A stretch of DNA of 64,000 nt from the NCBI GenBank assembly GCA_963697065.1, contig CAVOMQ010000003.1, positions 43,974-107,973 of the forward strand, in the 5' to 3' direction. Of this stretch, positions 1 through 10,091 are shown one piece after another. The notes under the pieces are model-generated. The model did not search any database, was not told where the DNA came from, and saw only the letters and a program-made list of their open reading frames with translations. The stretch comes from an uncultured Gemmatimonadales bacterium. GTDB lineage: Bacteria; Gemmatimonadota; Gemmatimonadetes; Gemmatimonadales; GWC2-71-9. The translations under genes were made by a program, and so were the position numbers. Each line of letters starts with the position of its first letter. The stretch's first letter is position 1.

Positions 1-38
1 ACAACCTGGAACGCCTTACACCTGGAGCAATCCCTCGA

Positions 39-515
39 ATGCCGCGACCGACACCCCAGTCTCACCCGGGCGACCAGCTCGCCGAACTTCTGCGCATGCT
101 GGACATCAGTCAATCGCAGCTCGCTGACGACATCGGCACCACGGCCGCATCCGTTTCCCGCATCGTCTCCGGCAAGCAGGCCCTCACCCTTGGCATGGCT
201 GAATTGATCGCGTCGCGCACCGGCGCACGGGTCGGTTGGCTCATGACCGGCGAACTGCCGGTGTTCCCGAATCAGGCCCGGGACGACATGAACAAGGCGG
301 CCTATCAGGCGGGGTGGCGGGCGGCGATGCAGGCGGTGCTCTCCGACGTCACCGCCCTGCGCGACACCGTCAAGCCGGGCAAGCCGGGCAAGCGGGCCGC
401 TACCTCACCATCCGCAACGGTGGCCGCGGCGCGCCGGCATCGGGCGGAACTGGCGCAGCGGGGATTGCTGGGGGGCGGTCGTACTCGGGTGACTCATCGT
501 CGGAAACGGGCGTAA
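39..515 (+). CDS. XRE-family HTH regulator, HigA-antitoxin-like
   Basis: HPGDQLAELLRMLDISQSQLADDIGTTAASVSRIVSGKQALTLGMAELIA..GWL resembles the HigA/XRE HTH pattern. The low-complexity C-terminus overlaps the convergent small gene. Confidence 0.65.
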   Translation: MPRPTPQSHPGDQLAELLRMLDISQSQLADDIGTTAASVSRIVSGKQALTLGMAELIASRTGARVGWLMTGELPVFPNQARDDMNKAAYQAGWRAAMQAVLSDVTALRDTVKPGKPGKRAATSPSATVAAARRHRAELAQRGLLGGGRTRVTHRRKRA

Positions 516-678
516 TCGCTCCGGTCAACACCGCCCGCCAGAATGCCTTGATACTGTCGTCGCCCAGCGGGCGGTAGATCTCGATGGGGTCGTCACTGCC
601 GGCGTCGTATCGGATCACATCGCCCGGCATGACGTGCAGTGGGGCATACGGGGCCGTCACGTGGTACCACGTGGCCAT
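400..678 (-). CDS. Small hypothetical protein (AbrB-like or SH3-like pattern), paralog of 14957-15151
   Basis: MATWYHVTAPYAPLHVMPGDVIRYDAGSDDPIEIYRP..FWRAVLTG aligns by eye with the ORF at 14957-15151. It has its own sigma70-type promoter. Confidence 0.55.
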   Translation of the reverse strand: MATWYHVTAPYAPLHVMPGDVIRYDAGSDDPIEIYRPLGDDSIKAFWRAVLTGAITPVSDDESPEYDRPPAIPAAPVPPDAGAPRPPLRMVR

Positions 679-703
679 CAACGGTCTCCGAAAGAGGTCG
701 TCT

Positions 704-732
704 AGGGTACGCCACCCCGGTGTGGCTGTCAA
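704..732 (-). promoter_or_regulatory. sigma70-type promoter TTGACA-N17-TACCCT
   Basis: Read directly on the minus strand, 25 nt upstream of the ATG at 678. Confidence 0.55.
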
Positions 733-804
733 TCGCACCGGGGGTCAGTGCGGCGGCGACATTCCACGAGTCCCGGCCGCCACCCCTTCGCTCCGAGCCG
801 CACC

Positions 805-1323
805 GTGATCATCCCGCGCCCAGCCGCCGACGAACACGCCCCGTACTACCAGCGCTACATCGCCCTCGTTCCCGACGGCGACCTGCTCGCCAGCCTCGAG
901 CGGCGTGGACGCGAGACCGCGGCAATGCTGCGTCAGGTACCGGCGGCCAGGACGCACTTCCGCTATCAACCGGAAAAGTGGAGCGTGCTGGAGGTGATCG
1001 GGCACGTCGTCGACACCGAACGGGTCTTCTCGTATCGCGGCCTCTCGTTCTCTCGCGGAGACACCACCGCCCTTCCATCGTTCGACGAGAACGCCTGGGT
1101 TCCCGGCTCCGGCGCCGATGACCGGGCGCTCGAGAGTCTGGTGGCGGAGTTCGAGGCGGTGCGCGCCGCAACCGTGGCCCTGTTCGGCGGCATGACCGCC
1201 GAGCAGGTGGCGCGGCGCGGCACGGCCAGCGGCAAGCCGATGTCGGCGCGGGCGGCTGCGTGGGTCATCGCGGGCCACGAACGCCATCACGTGGCACTGC
1301 TGCACGAGCGCTACGGGATCTGA
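805..1323 (+). CDS. DinB/YfiT-family protein
   Basis: RYQPEKWSVLEVIGHVVDTERVFSYR...LPSFDENAW...IAGHERHH is the DinB His-triad pattern. GTG start assumed. Confidence 0.8.
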   Translation: MIIPRPAADEHAPYYQRYIALVPDGDLLASLERRGRETAAMLRQVPAARTHFRYQPEKWSVLEVIGHVVDTERVFSYRGLSFSRGDTTALPSFDENAWVPGSGADDRALESLVAEFEAVRAATVALFGGMTAEQVARRGTASGKPMSARAAAWVIAGHERHHVALLHERYGI

Positions 1324-1484
1324 TCGCCGCTCGCGACCGTCGGCCGTTGTCATCGTGCTGAAAGCTTCCCGGTCGTATCTTGGCCGCACGATGATCACCC
1401 GCTTCGACCCGCTTCGCCAGACCGGGCATTCGCACACCACGCGCAATACATCAGATCCGCTCCGCACGGCCACGGGAGCATCCG

Positions 1485-2408
1485 GTGACTGACACCACGC
1501 CGGACCACCGGCGCCGATGGCCGTGGCCCGTGGCACTCATCGTCGTGATCGCGGCGGTCCTCTTCACCCCTCCGGCCCGGCAGATCGCCGACCGTTTCCT
1601 CGCTTCGCTTCGCATCGCCCGCCCGCAACCGGTTGCGGTGAACCTTCCGGCTGTTCCCGGCGCGACGTATCGCATCCAGGAACTGGTCACCGGCATGCTG
1701 GCGGACAGCGCCTCGACTGAACACGATGAACCGGGCCGGACAGCCGCCACTCCCTCGGCTGCGAGCACGATTGCCGGCTTCGCACTCCATCTTCCCCGCA
1801 CGCGCCTTGACACGCCGGCGGTGAGCGTCACCGGCGCCCACGACGTCACGGTCGCCATCAATCGCGCCCGATTCCGGACCATCCTCGACGAAGCCGGCAA
1901 GTCCGGGGTGGTCGTGCCGCCGGCCGTCGAGGGCGCCGTCGTCACCATGCACACGCCCGCCGCGGTGGTGCTGCGCTACGGTCACTGCCCCGCACCGGCG
2001 CCGGCCACTCTCGCCACGCAGGTGCAGGGCCCGCCGCCGCCACCGCCCGACGTGGGCGACTGCATCGAGTTGACGGAAACACCGCAGGTCGTGGCGACTG
2101 CGCCTTCCGGCGTGGCGTTCGATCAATTGGTCGAAATCGCGCTCGAGCTCTCCGGCCTGAGTCCCGAACGCGCCGCCACTTTCCAGCGCCAGCTCGATTG
2201 GCGCTCGACCCTGGCACTGTCGCTGCCGCGATTCGTCCGGTCGTTCGACACCGTCACGGTGGCCGGCGCGCCCGGTCTCCTCTTCGGCGCCGGCGGCCGG
2301 CGCGGCCCGTCATATGTCCTGGTCTGGGCGAAGAGCGGCATCGTCTATGCCCTCACCGGGTACGGCAACTCCGCCGACGGCGTGGCCGCCGCCAACGCGA
2401 TCAACTGA
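1485..2408 (+). CDS. Membrane-anchored hypothetical protein leading an ABC operon
   Basis: N-terminal TM (WPWPVALIVVIAAVLF), then an extracytoplasmic domain ending ..LVWAKSGIVYALTG; directly upstream of the ABC genes. Confidence 0.6.
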   Translation: MTDTTPDHRRRWPWPVALIVVIAAVLFTPPARQIADRFLASLRIARPQPVAVNLPAVPGATYRIQELVTGMLADSASTEHDEPGRTAATPSAASTIAGFALHLPRTRLDTPAVSVTGAHDVTVAINRARFRTILDEAGKSGVVVPPAVEGAVVTMHTPAAVVLRYGHCPAPAPATLATQVQGPPPPPPDVGDCIELTETPQVVATAPSGVAFDQLVEIALELSGLSPERAATFQRQLDWRSTLALSLPRFVRSFDTVTVAGAPGLLFGAGGRRGPSYVLVWAKSGIVYALTGYGNSADGVAAANAIN

Positions 2409-2432
2409 ACGTGATCCCCGGAACCGACGCAG

Positions 2433-3350
2433 ATGCCTGAACTCGCCATCGTGACGGACAACCTCCGCAAGGTGTACGGCTCGCAGACGGCGGTCGGCGG
2501 GCTCACGCTCGAAGTGCCGCGTGGCGAGATCTTCGGCTTCCTCGGCCCCAACGGCGCCGGCAAGAGCACGTCGATCAAGATGCTCCTCGGACTCGTCCAT
2601 CCCACATCAGGGCATGCCGAGGTGCTGGGCAGCGCACCCGACCACGCCGCGATGCGGCGGCGCATCGGGTTTCTCCCCGAAGACTTCCGGTTCTACGACT
2701 GGCTCACCGGCGCCGAGCTGCTCGACCTGCACGGCCGTCTGGCCGGCGTGTCGCGCACCACGCTGCGCCGCCGGATCCCCGAAGTCATGTCGCTGGTGGG
2801 ACTCGAGGGCCAGGAGCATCGTCGCATTCGCGGCTACTCGAAGGGCATGCTGCAGCGCATCGGCCTGGCGCAGGCCATCGTACACGAGCCCGACCTGATC
2901 TTTCTCGACGAACCGACATCAGGGCTCGATCCGATGGGCCGTCGACTGGTCCGCGACATACTCCGCGCCGAACGGGCGCGCGGCGCCACGGTGTTCCTCA
3001 ACTCCCATATCCTCAGCGAAATCGAGATCACCTGCGACCGCGTCGCCTTCATCCGGGCGGGCCAGCTGGTCACGGCGCTCGATCTGCGTGCCGAGCGGCC
3101 CGGCAACGTCCGCGTCGCCATCCGGGCCGCGAACCTCCCGGCCGAGGCCGTCGCCGCCATGAATCGATGGACGACGGACGCGGTGCGCGACGCGGACCAC
3201 CTGCGATTCACCCTTCCCGGCGACGATGCCCTTCCCGACATTGTCCGTCACCTGGTCAACGCCGGCGCGGACATCTTCGGCGTGACGCCCGAACGCCTTT
3301 CGCTCGAGGAACTGTTCGTGCAGATCATGGGAAAGGACAGCGGCCGGTGA
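2433..3350 (+). CDS. ABC transporter ATP-binding protein (ABC-2/BcrA type)
   Basis: Walker A GPNGAGKS, signature YSKGMLQR, Walker B IFLDEPTSGLD. Confidence 0.9.
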   Translation: MPELAIVTDNLRKVYGSQTAVGGLTLEVPRGEIFGFLGPNGAGKSTSIKMLLGLVHPTSGHAEVLGSAPDHAAMRRRIGFLPEDFRFYDWLTGAELLDLHGRLAGVSRTTLRRRIPEVMSLVGLEGQEHRRIRGYSKGMLQRIGLAQAIVHEPDLIFLDEPTSGLDPMGRRLVRDILRAERARGATVFLNSHILSEIEITCDRVAFIRAGQLVTALDLRAERPGNVRVAIRAANLPAEAVAAMNRWTTDAVRDADHLRFTLPGDDALPDIVRHLVNAGADIFGVTPERLSLEELFVQIMGKDSGR

Positions 3351-4180
3351 ATCCGATCTGGATCATGGCCCGGATGACCTGGCGCGAGGCCGCGCGCCGC
3401 AAGATCCTCTGGACGGCGCTCCTGGCCGCCGCCATTCTGCTCATCATCTTCGCCGTCGCATTGCGGCTGCAGGTGGTCGAGTTCGGCTCGCGGGCCATGT
3501 CGCCGTTCGTGCGCTACCAGGTCGAGAGCGGCATGCTGATCGTGGGACTCTACGTCTGCGACCTCCTGGCCGTCGTCATGACGATCCTCACGTCCATCGA
3601 CACGCTCGCCGGCGAGATCAGCTCGGGCACGATCCACGCGATTGCCACCAAGCCCATCACCCGCTGGCAGATTCTCGCCGGCAAGTACCTCGGCTTCGCC
3701 GCGATGGTGGTCGTCTACGTCGCGTTGACGTTCCTGAGCACCATCGCGGTCTCCTCCGCGGTCACCGGCGTGGTGCCGCAGCACGCCATCCTGGGCGCGG
3801 CGCTGATCGTCTTCGAGTGCCTGGTGGCGCTGGGCGTCACCTTCCTGCTCGGCACCTGGTTCACCACGCTGACCACCGGCGTGATCGCGCTCGGACTGCA
3901 GGCGGTGGCATTCCTCGGCGGCTGGCTGGAACAGGTCAGTGGCTTCTCGCAGAGCGTCCACATCGTGACCCTCGGCGTCGTCTCGAGCCTGATCATGCCG
4001 GGCGAGTCGCTCTGGCGCCGGGCGGCGTACGAGATGCAGACACCACTCGCCGGATCGCTGTCGTTCTCGCCGTTCGCGAACGTGTCCATTCCGAGCGGCG
4101 TGGCGGTGGCATATGCGGGTGTCTATCTCGCCGTCGTGGTCGCCGTCGCGGTCAGCCATTTCCACCGCCGGGACCTCTGA
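3347..4180 (+). CDS. ABC-2 type permease
   Basis: Six hydrophobic segments, GEISSGTIHAIATKPITRWQILAGKY motif, C-terminal FHRRDL; GTG overlaps the ATPase stop. Confidence 0.85.
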   Translation: MNPIWIMARMTWREAARRKILWTALLAAAILLIIFAVALRLQVVEFGSRAMSPFVRYQVESGMLIVGLYVCDLLAVVMTILTSIDTLAGEISSGTIHAIATKPITRWQILAGKYLGFAAMVVVYVALTFLSTIAVSSAVTGVVPQHAILGAALIVFECLVALGVTFLLGTWFTTLTTGVIALGLQAVAFLGGWLEQVSGFSQSVHIVTLGVVSSLIMPGESLWRRAAYEMQTPLAGSLSFSPFANVSIPSGVAVAYAGVYLAVVVAVAVSHFHRRDL

Positions 4181-4352
4181 CGCCGTTCCAGCGCTCCTGT
4201 CCGGCCGTTCTGATCGCCACGACCCAACAATCGTATCGTACCATCTCACCAACGGTCCAATCGGCGCGCCGCACGTCGTCATCCGATGGACGGCCCGGAC
4301 AGGTCGTCGCGTTGACAGGCAGGAATCACGTCGTGCAGCGGAGGACCACGCG

Positions 4353-4970
4353 ATGCGAACACTCATTTCGATCCTGTGCGCCACGGGCTGTCTCGCCGCG
4401 CCGCTCGCGGCGCAGGCGACGGTCGACATCACCGGCGGCTATGTCAGTTCGAATATCCACGCCAGCGGCATCACCGGCACCGCCAGCACGGCGGCGCGCA
4501 GCGGGTTTGCCGCCGGCGTCTCGGTACTCGGCCGGCTGGCGCCCCATCTTGGCGTCGTTCCCGGGGCGATGTTCATCGAAAAGGGCTACCAGGCCACCGC
4601 CGCCGGTATCACCAGTTCATTGAAGTTGGACTATATCGAAATTCCGGTGCTGTTGCGGGTCTGGGGCGGTACCGGCAACACCCGGGTGTTTGCGTTGGGC
4701 GGCCCGGCGGCGGCGTTCCGGGTCTCGTGCAGCGACGAGATCAGCGGCGGCTCGATTGCGGCCGGAGGCGTCTGCACCAGCGGGACGACCAACAACCTCA
4801 AGAGCGCCGATATCAGCGTCATGTTCGGCGGAGGCGTGCAGGTGCACGCCATTTCGATCGGCGCCCGGTACGACCTCGGGCTGACCGACGTCTATACCAA
4901 CGACAGTGGCACCGCGACCTACCGGAACCGCGCGCTGCTCATCCTGGGCGGCGTTCAGGTCGGCTGGTAG
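4353..4970 (+). CDS. Outer-membrane beta-barrel (PorT/OMP_b-brl_2-like)
   Basis: Signal peptide, LKLDYIEIPVLLR motif, alternating beta strands, C-terminal aromatic W; GGAGG RBS. Confidence 0.75.
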   Translation: MRTLISILCATGCLAAPLAAQATVDITGGYVSSNIHASGITGTASTAARSGFAAGVSVLGRLAPHLGVVPGAMFIEKGYQATAAGITSSLKLDYIEIPVLLRVWGGTGNTRVFALGGPAAAFRVSCSDEISGGSIAAGGVCTSGTTNNLKSADISVMFGGGVQVHAISIGARYDLGLTDVYTNDSGTATYRNRALLILGGVQVGW

Positions 4971-5003
4971 GACGGGAGCCGGGCGGAGCGGGCGGACGGT
5001 GGG

Positions 5004-5222
5004 CTAACTCCCGCCGCCCGCCGCCTCGTCGTCTTCGACCCACTTCTGGCGGGGAATCCCCGTCGTCGCCGACAGTCGCCAGACGAACTTCATCGGGCCG
5101 CCACCCTTGGCCGTCTCATCGGCTTCGAGTTCGATCGCATCGATGTTCTGGCCGGACATCCGCCGTACCAGCTCGCGCTGCTCCGGCGTCAGCACGATCC
5201 GAACCGGTTCCTGGTCTGCCAT
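5004..5222 (-). CDS. Small hypothetical protein
   Basis: 72-aa ORF (MADQEPVRIVLTPEQRELVRRMSG...) with GGAGT RBS, downstream of the PrsW gene. Confidence 0.45.
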   Translation of the reverse strand: MADQEPVRIVLTPEQRELVRRMSGQNIDAIELEADETAKGGGPMKFVWRLSATTGIPRQKWVEDDEAAGGGS

Positions 5223-5328
5223 CCTTACTCCATGATAGGTCATGTTGTGCAATGCGCCGCGGCGTGGCGCCGAACCACCAAGATCTATCCGTGACCCGTC
5301 ACGAACGCGTCACGGCGGGCCAGCGGTC

Positions 5329-6666
5329 TCACGCTTTCGCCGCCGCCTGCGCCGTACGCACCTGCTTCAGGCCATCCTGGATCATCCCCAACACCAGCAA
5401 CCATGCCACCGCGCCGAGAAGGATGTACTTCCCGTAATATGGCAGCGAGATGCCGTCGAAGTTCCACAGCATGTGCATCACCATGCAGATCACCAGCACC
5501 CTGAGGAAGCGGGGATCGAACCACATCTCCTTGCGGAACGGCTGGTTGCCGCGAACGCGCCAGAGTGCGGCACCCACCAATCCGGTCCAGAGCACATGTC
5601 CGCCCAACACGCTCAGGAAGCCGCGCTCCTGGATCGACGCCAGCATGGCGGCGCCGCCGCTTTCGAGTCCTGCGCGGAGCGCGTAGCCTGCCGACTCGAA
5701 TACCGCGAACCCCGTCCCCACAGTGGCCCCCAGCAGAAGACCGTTCAACGTCCAGCGATAGCGCGCCTTCCGGACCACCAGCAGCAACGTCAGCGCCTTG
5801 GCGGTCTCCTCGATGATCCCGGCGCTGGCGGCACCCAGCCAGTTGTCGAGATGCGTCACGTCGAAGAACACCAGCGCCACGGCGATCGAGAGCAGCCCGC
5901 CCACCAGGAGCAGCTTGATCACCTGATAGAGCGAGACGTTGCGGGGAACGTTGACCTCGAAGAAGAACACCAGCAGCGACAGCGGTACCGCCACCGCCCC
6001 GATCATGATCAACCCGGGGATCAGGTTCTCGTTGTCGAACTTTTCCCAGGTGTACACGAACCCGAGATAGAGGGCCAGGGAAAGGCCGAAGACCCGGAGG
6101 AACATCCACGGCTTCGGCCATGACGCGTTGATCGCCATCAGGTCCGGGGTGGTCGCCGGTGTGCCGACGGTGAAGTACGCCTCGACTTCGTCGTCGGTGT
6201 GCTTCCTGGTGGCGTCAGCGAACATCTCGCGGGCACTCCACTCGCCGGGCGTCTCGATGCCGGCGGCGCTGGAGAGCTGGTCGCCGAGCTTGCCGACGAA
6301 GTCCATCACGCCGCCGCCGCCCGGGCCGTGGGGTGACTCGATCCGCCAGACCGAGGTGCCGAGGCGGAGCTGCTGTGCTCCGGTGACGGTCAGCTCGGCG
6401 GCCGCGTGCCCGTCGACGAATGGCAGGGTGTCGGAGAGCGCTTTGACATGAAGCGCGCTGCCGTCCCAGCGAAGCATGGCAAAACGGTCAGTGACGCGGG
6501 CGTCATCGCTCAGAATGTTGCTCTCGGGTGATTTCCCGACGAGGAGCGGGCGGGTCGTGAGGGCCACGCGTTTGCCGCGGTCGGCGCCGGCGATGCAGAC
6601 GAGGAACGGTTGCGAGGCCGGCGAGGCGACGTCGGGAGTCGCGGGCGTGGCGGGCGATTCGGACAT
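5329..6666 (-). CDS. PrsW-family intramembrane metalloprotease with N-terminal FHA-like domain
   Basis: AGIIEETAK, GTGFAVFESAGY, GGHVLWT and HMLWN PrsW motifs; the N-terminal VGKSPESNILSDDARV..FA segment is FHA-like. Confidence 0.8.
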   Translation of the reverse strand: MSESPATPATPDVASPASQPFLVCIAGADRGKRVALTTRPLLVGKSPESNILSDDARVTDRFAMLRWDGSALHVKALSDTLPFVDGHAAAELTVTGAQQLRLGTSVWRIESPHGPGGGGVMDFVGKLGDQLSSAAGIETPGEWSAREMFADATRKHTDDEVEAYFTVGTPATTPDLMAINASWPKPWMFLRVFGLSLALYLGFVYTWEKFDNENLIPGLIMIGAVAVPLSLLVFFFEVNVPRNVSLYQVIKLLLVGGLLSIAVALVFFDVTHLDNWLGAASAGIIEETAKALTLLLVVRKARYRWTLNGLLLGATVGTGFAVFESAGYALRAGLESGGAAMLASIQERGFLSVLGGHVLWTGLVGAALWRVRGNQPFRKEMWFDPRFLRVLVICMVMHMLWNFDGISLPYYGKYILLGAVAWLLVLGMIQDGLKQVRTAQAAAKA

Positions 6667-6782
6667 GGCGGGCTCCGGGCGAGCAAGTCGCGCCGGACCG
6701 GCGCGGTGTCACGGGATCGAGGCGGAATATCGGAACGACGATACGGCGGGAGTGGTGAACGGCGCAAGCGGGAGGGGCGCGC

Positions 6783-7850
6783 TCAGAGCCGGCACCGCAG
6801 CAACGTCTGGAACCCATCATCCTGCGCCGCCCGGAGATAGAGGAGATCATCGTGCACGGCGAGCAGCGTCATTCCCGCCGGCACGGTCATCGTACGGATC
6901 ACGACGCCGACTGGTGACAGCTCTGTCCAGATCTCGGGACGTTCACCGAGGGTCGACCGGAGAACCCAGAAGCGATCGTGGTTGTCCATCAGGGCCTCGA
7001 AGGCCGCGGCAAAGAAGCGCGGCCTCGGAGTATCGGCCCGCAGCTTTGCCGCGGTCGCGGGATCGAGCCCCTTCACCATCGAGGCCAGAACGGTGTCGTA
7101 CTCCTGCGTCGTGACCGCCCTCGGCGGAAGCTCGACCGTGGTGTCGAGTACGGCGTCGCCGGCCGGATTCAGGCAGCTGAGGTGCAGGTCGGACGCCTTC
7201 CCCGGCACGACGACGCACCAACGCGCGGCGTCGGGGGTCCATGCGGCCAGGGCGAGCCGCATCGTGAACGGCCCAGCGCTGTGCGGATCGCCGGCGCGAA
7301 ATGTGTCGGGCGCCGCGACGTCGGCGAGCGTATCGGGTCGTTGGCCCTGATCGAACGCGAGAATCCGGACGTCGGGGATGGACACCAACGTCTGCGCGAG
7401 GCCCACCGACCGGCCGGAAGCGGTCCGGACCCAGCTTCCCGGCAATGGCGGCGTCAGCGTGCCGGCGTACCGGCCGTCGGCGGTGAAGGCGACGGACCGT
7501 CCCAGCCGATAGTCGCTCACCCAGAGGGTGTCAGCGACCCACCACGCGACACCGATCGAACGGAATTCGCCCGGCCCCTCCCCGCTACGGCCCACCACGG
7601 TGTCGTGTCCGTCGGTATCGAGATGGATGGCTGTCGGCCGCCTGCCGGCGCTCCATGCCAGCACGCCGTCGGGTCCCGGTGCGACCATACCGATCATTCC
7701 GTCTTCGGATTGTCGGGAGGCCACGGCGGTGTCACATCGGGACGCGTCCAACAGCGGAAGCGCCTGCGCGTCGGCGGGCGCGGAGTGTTGGCAGCCGATG
7801 AGCAGCGGCACGACGGCGCTGATTACGCCAAGGAATCGTCGGTTTCGCAT
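6783..7850 (-). CDS. 6-bladed beta-propeller lipoprotein
   Basis: Lipobox LLIGC; VGRSGEGPGEF and DTLWVSD propeller motifs; MDNHDRFWV near the C-terminus. Confidence 0.65.
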   Translation of the reverse strand: MRNRRFLGVISAVVPLLIGCQHSAPADAQALPLLDASRCDTAVASRQSEDGMIGMVAPGPDGVLAWSAGRRPTAIHLDTDGHDTVVGRSGEGPGEFRSIGVAWWVADTLWVSDYRLGRSVAFTADGRYAGTLTPPLPGSWVRTASGRSVGLAQTLVSIPDVRILAFDQGQRPDTLADVAAPDTFRAGDPHSAGPFTMRLALAAWTPDAARWCVVVPGKASDLHLSCLNPAGDAVLDTTVELPPRAVTTQEYDTVLASMVKGLDPATAAKLRADTPRPRFFAAAFEALMDNHDRFWVLRSTLGERPEIWTELSPVGVVIRTMTVPAGMTLLAVHDDLLYLRAAQDDGFQTLLRCRL

Positions 7851-8098
7851 TGGTTACGGTACGGCCCGGTACCGTCGGGGTCAACCGGCGGACAGCACCC
7901 GAAGGATTGCGGCTTGGCCAGCGGGTTTCAAAATGATCCAGCGCCGCGGCTTGGACGTTTTCCGATGGGCGCTGAATCTCCGTGATCGTCACTCCCGCGC
8001 CGCGTCAGGCCCCGGCAACGGGTAGCCAACGACGTCGGCGGACGACGCCCGCATCGACGGCATCCCGCGCAGAATCAGGAAGGAGTCGAACGGATCGC

Positions 8099-9310
8099 TC
8101 ACCTCTCAGGCGCCAGCTTGTACACGCGAACTTCCGATTCGTTCGGATGGTACGTATAGCGTGCGACCAGATATCCGTTGGCGATCTGGAGCACCTCCAG
8201 GTCGCCCGGCATAACAGTCGTACCGAGGAACCGCCCGCTACGATCAAACACGTCCCAGGTGGCCGGGTCGCCCGTCACCGCCCACATCCGAGCCCAGAGG
8301 CGGTGCGCATCGTCAACCTTCAGCGCGGTGTAGGCGGGCTCCCGCGGAGGAAATCGAATCCATTCGAGTGCCAGGCTGTCGTCATGCCTGAGCACCGGAT
8401 CACTCCGCTGGAGACGCGCCCGCTTGAGTCGCCGCAGCAGCTCCGGTGTCACCGATCCGCGCTCCCGCCCGATCCGGATCAGGCCCAGCAGTCTACCGGT
8501 GGGAGCGCGCTGCTGTATCTCGAACGCCGAGCCGTCCGTGTAGTACCACCAGTCGTCATCCACCGCAATGGAGCCGATCTGGCCGAGTGGCGTCTGGCCG
8601 GCGACGCTGTAGTGCATGGCGAAGCCGAAGCGCTCGGCCCCGAAGAACGGGCCGAGCTCCGTCAGCTTTCCTTTGCGATCGACGTGATAGACGACAATCG
8701 TGTCGATGTCGGTCTGGCGATTCTGAGGCAGGAGCTGATTGTGCGTCGTGCCGATCATCTCGCCCGACGCGAACGCGCCGAGGATCGACAGGAACGGTCG
8801 TTCCCACCCCCCTCGGGGGAGCTTCGAGCGAATGTCGGGCGGGTTCTCGACGCGGCGGGTTTGAAGGACGGAACCCCTGCGGCTCAGTTGCATCAGCCGA
8901 TTGGCCACCCCATCCCATTCCACCACCGTACCACCGGCCATCGTGAAGAGATTCGACGGCCCTTCGCGCCCCGAGATGCCGACGACGTCGATGCCGAATC
9001 GGTAGCCACCGTCAGGCTTGAAGAAGGCGACGCGATCGTGGTCGAATTCCGCCACCACGACATTACCGTCCATCAGCCGCAGCGCGCCGGAGACGATACC
9101 GAGGTCAGCGTTGCCTTTGGCGCCCGGCCCGCCCAATGCGACAATCGGAGCCGGCTCGACTACTCGCCAGCTGTTCGTGTCCAATATTGGCGCGGCGTTC
9201 GAGACGATTCTCACCCCAGCGCTATCCCGGACGCGTGGCAGCTGTGCGTGGCACCGACCAAGCCATGCCGCCAACATTACGCTCGCGCATACGAAGCGGC
9301 TAAGGGCCAT
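8099..9310 (-). CDS. 6-bladed beta-propeller secreted protein
   Basis: Signal peptide, VRDSAGVRIVSN, GREGPS, VDDAHRLWAR..WDVFDRSGRFLG motifs. Confidence 0.7.
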   Translation of the reverse strand: MALSRFVCASVMLAAWLGRCHAQLPRVRDSAGVRIVSNAAPILDTNSWRVVEPAPIVALGGPGAKGNADLGIVSGALRLMDGNVVVAEFDHDRVAFFKPDGGYRFGIDVVGISGREGPSNLFTMAGGTVVEWDGVANRLMQLSRRGSVLQTRRVENPPDIRSKLPRGGWERPFLSILGAFASGEMIGTTHNQLLPQNRQTDIDTIVVYHVDRKGKLTELGPFFGAERFGFAMHYSVAGQTPLGQIGSIAVDDDWWYYTDGSAFEIQQRAPTGRLLGLIRIGRERGSVTPELLRRLKRARLQRSDPVLRHDDSLALEWIRFPPREPAYTALKVDDAHRLWARMWAVTGDPATWDVFDRSGRFLGTTVMPGDLEVLQIANGYLVARYTYHPNESEVRVYKLAPER

Positions 9311-10076
9311 GTCGTGCACTCTGCAGCACCCGCCGGACAGTGTCAAGCCCGTAATCGGTCTTCTCAGCGTCTTGCAAGTCCGGTCTAACAGTCCTCCCAA
9401 GGAGGCTTGCAACGAGCCGGTTCAATTGCTGGAAGGGCATCGCACCGGCAACCGGCAGTCCGTTGATGAACGACGTTGGCGTTCCAACAATGCCAAGTTG
9501 TGCGGCTTCCCGGGTATCCCGATTCACCCTGTCCTGATACATCCCGGATTGGACGCAAATGCTGTAGCGCCTCATGTCTGGAATACGGATGCTGTCCCCA
9601 ATGTCGTGCCATGGCTCGTGCGTTACTGCGGTCGCTCCGAAGCTGAACGCCGCTCGATAGTACTCCGGGAATCTCCCCTGATCGGCTGCGCACTGGCCGC
9701 CCTCGTGTAGCTGGAGCTCGGCAAGCCCGGGTTGGAATAGGAGGTTCTTGACAACAACGGCAACCACATCGGGGTAGCGCCGCCGGAGCTTCTCGATTGT
9801 GGCAGAAAAACTCACGCAATAGCCACAGGCGTAGTTCACAAACTCGACGATAACGACCGGCGCGTCGTCCGGGCCCATCCGGGGTCCTTCGGCGGCCATT
9901 TGATAGAAGAGCGTCGGGTCTATGCTTCCGTCGGGCAGCGAGGGCAACGAGAGCCGCTGCGCGCTGCGGCGCCGTTGATAGGCTGCAACCCGGTCTCGAA
10001 TGCCCAGGATAACCAGCCCGAGTGCGACGACATACAGAATCTTCGTCGCGCGGTTAAGCATCTTGGCGATTGGCAT
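9300..10076 (-). CDS. DsbA-family thiol-disulfide oxidoreductase (module 1)
   Basis: GPDDAPVVIVEFVNYACGYC and GIVGTPTSFING motifs; N-terminal TM anchor. Confidence 0.85.
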   Translation of the reverse strand: MPIAKMLNRATKILYVVALGLVILGIRDRVAAYQRRRSAQRLSLPSLPDGSIDPTLFYQMAAEGPRMGPDDAPVVIVEFVNYACGYCVSFSATIEKLRRRYPDVVAVVVKNLLFQPGLAELQLHEGGQCAADQGRFPEYYRAAFSFGATAVTHEPWHDIGDSIRIPDMRRYSICVQSGMYQDRVNRDTREAAQLGIVGTPTSFINGLPVAGAMPFQQLNRLVASLLGRTVRPDLQDAEKTDYGLDTVRRVLQSARHGP

Positions 10077-10091
10077 CTCAGAACGCCCGCC

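Noticed and set aside
5004-5222. Small protein as a RiPP leader-type precursor
   Set aside because: Leader-like amphipathic look only; no modifying enzymes adjacent and no Cys/Ser/Thr-rich core.
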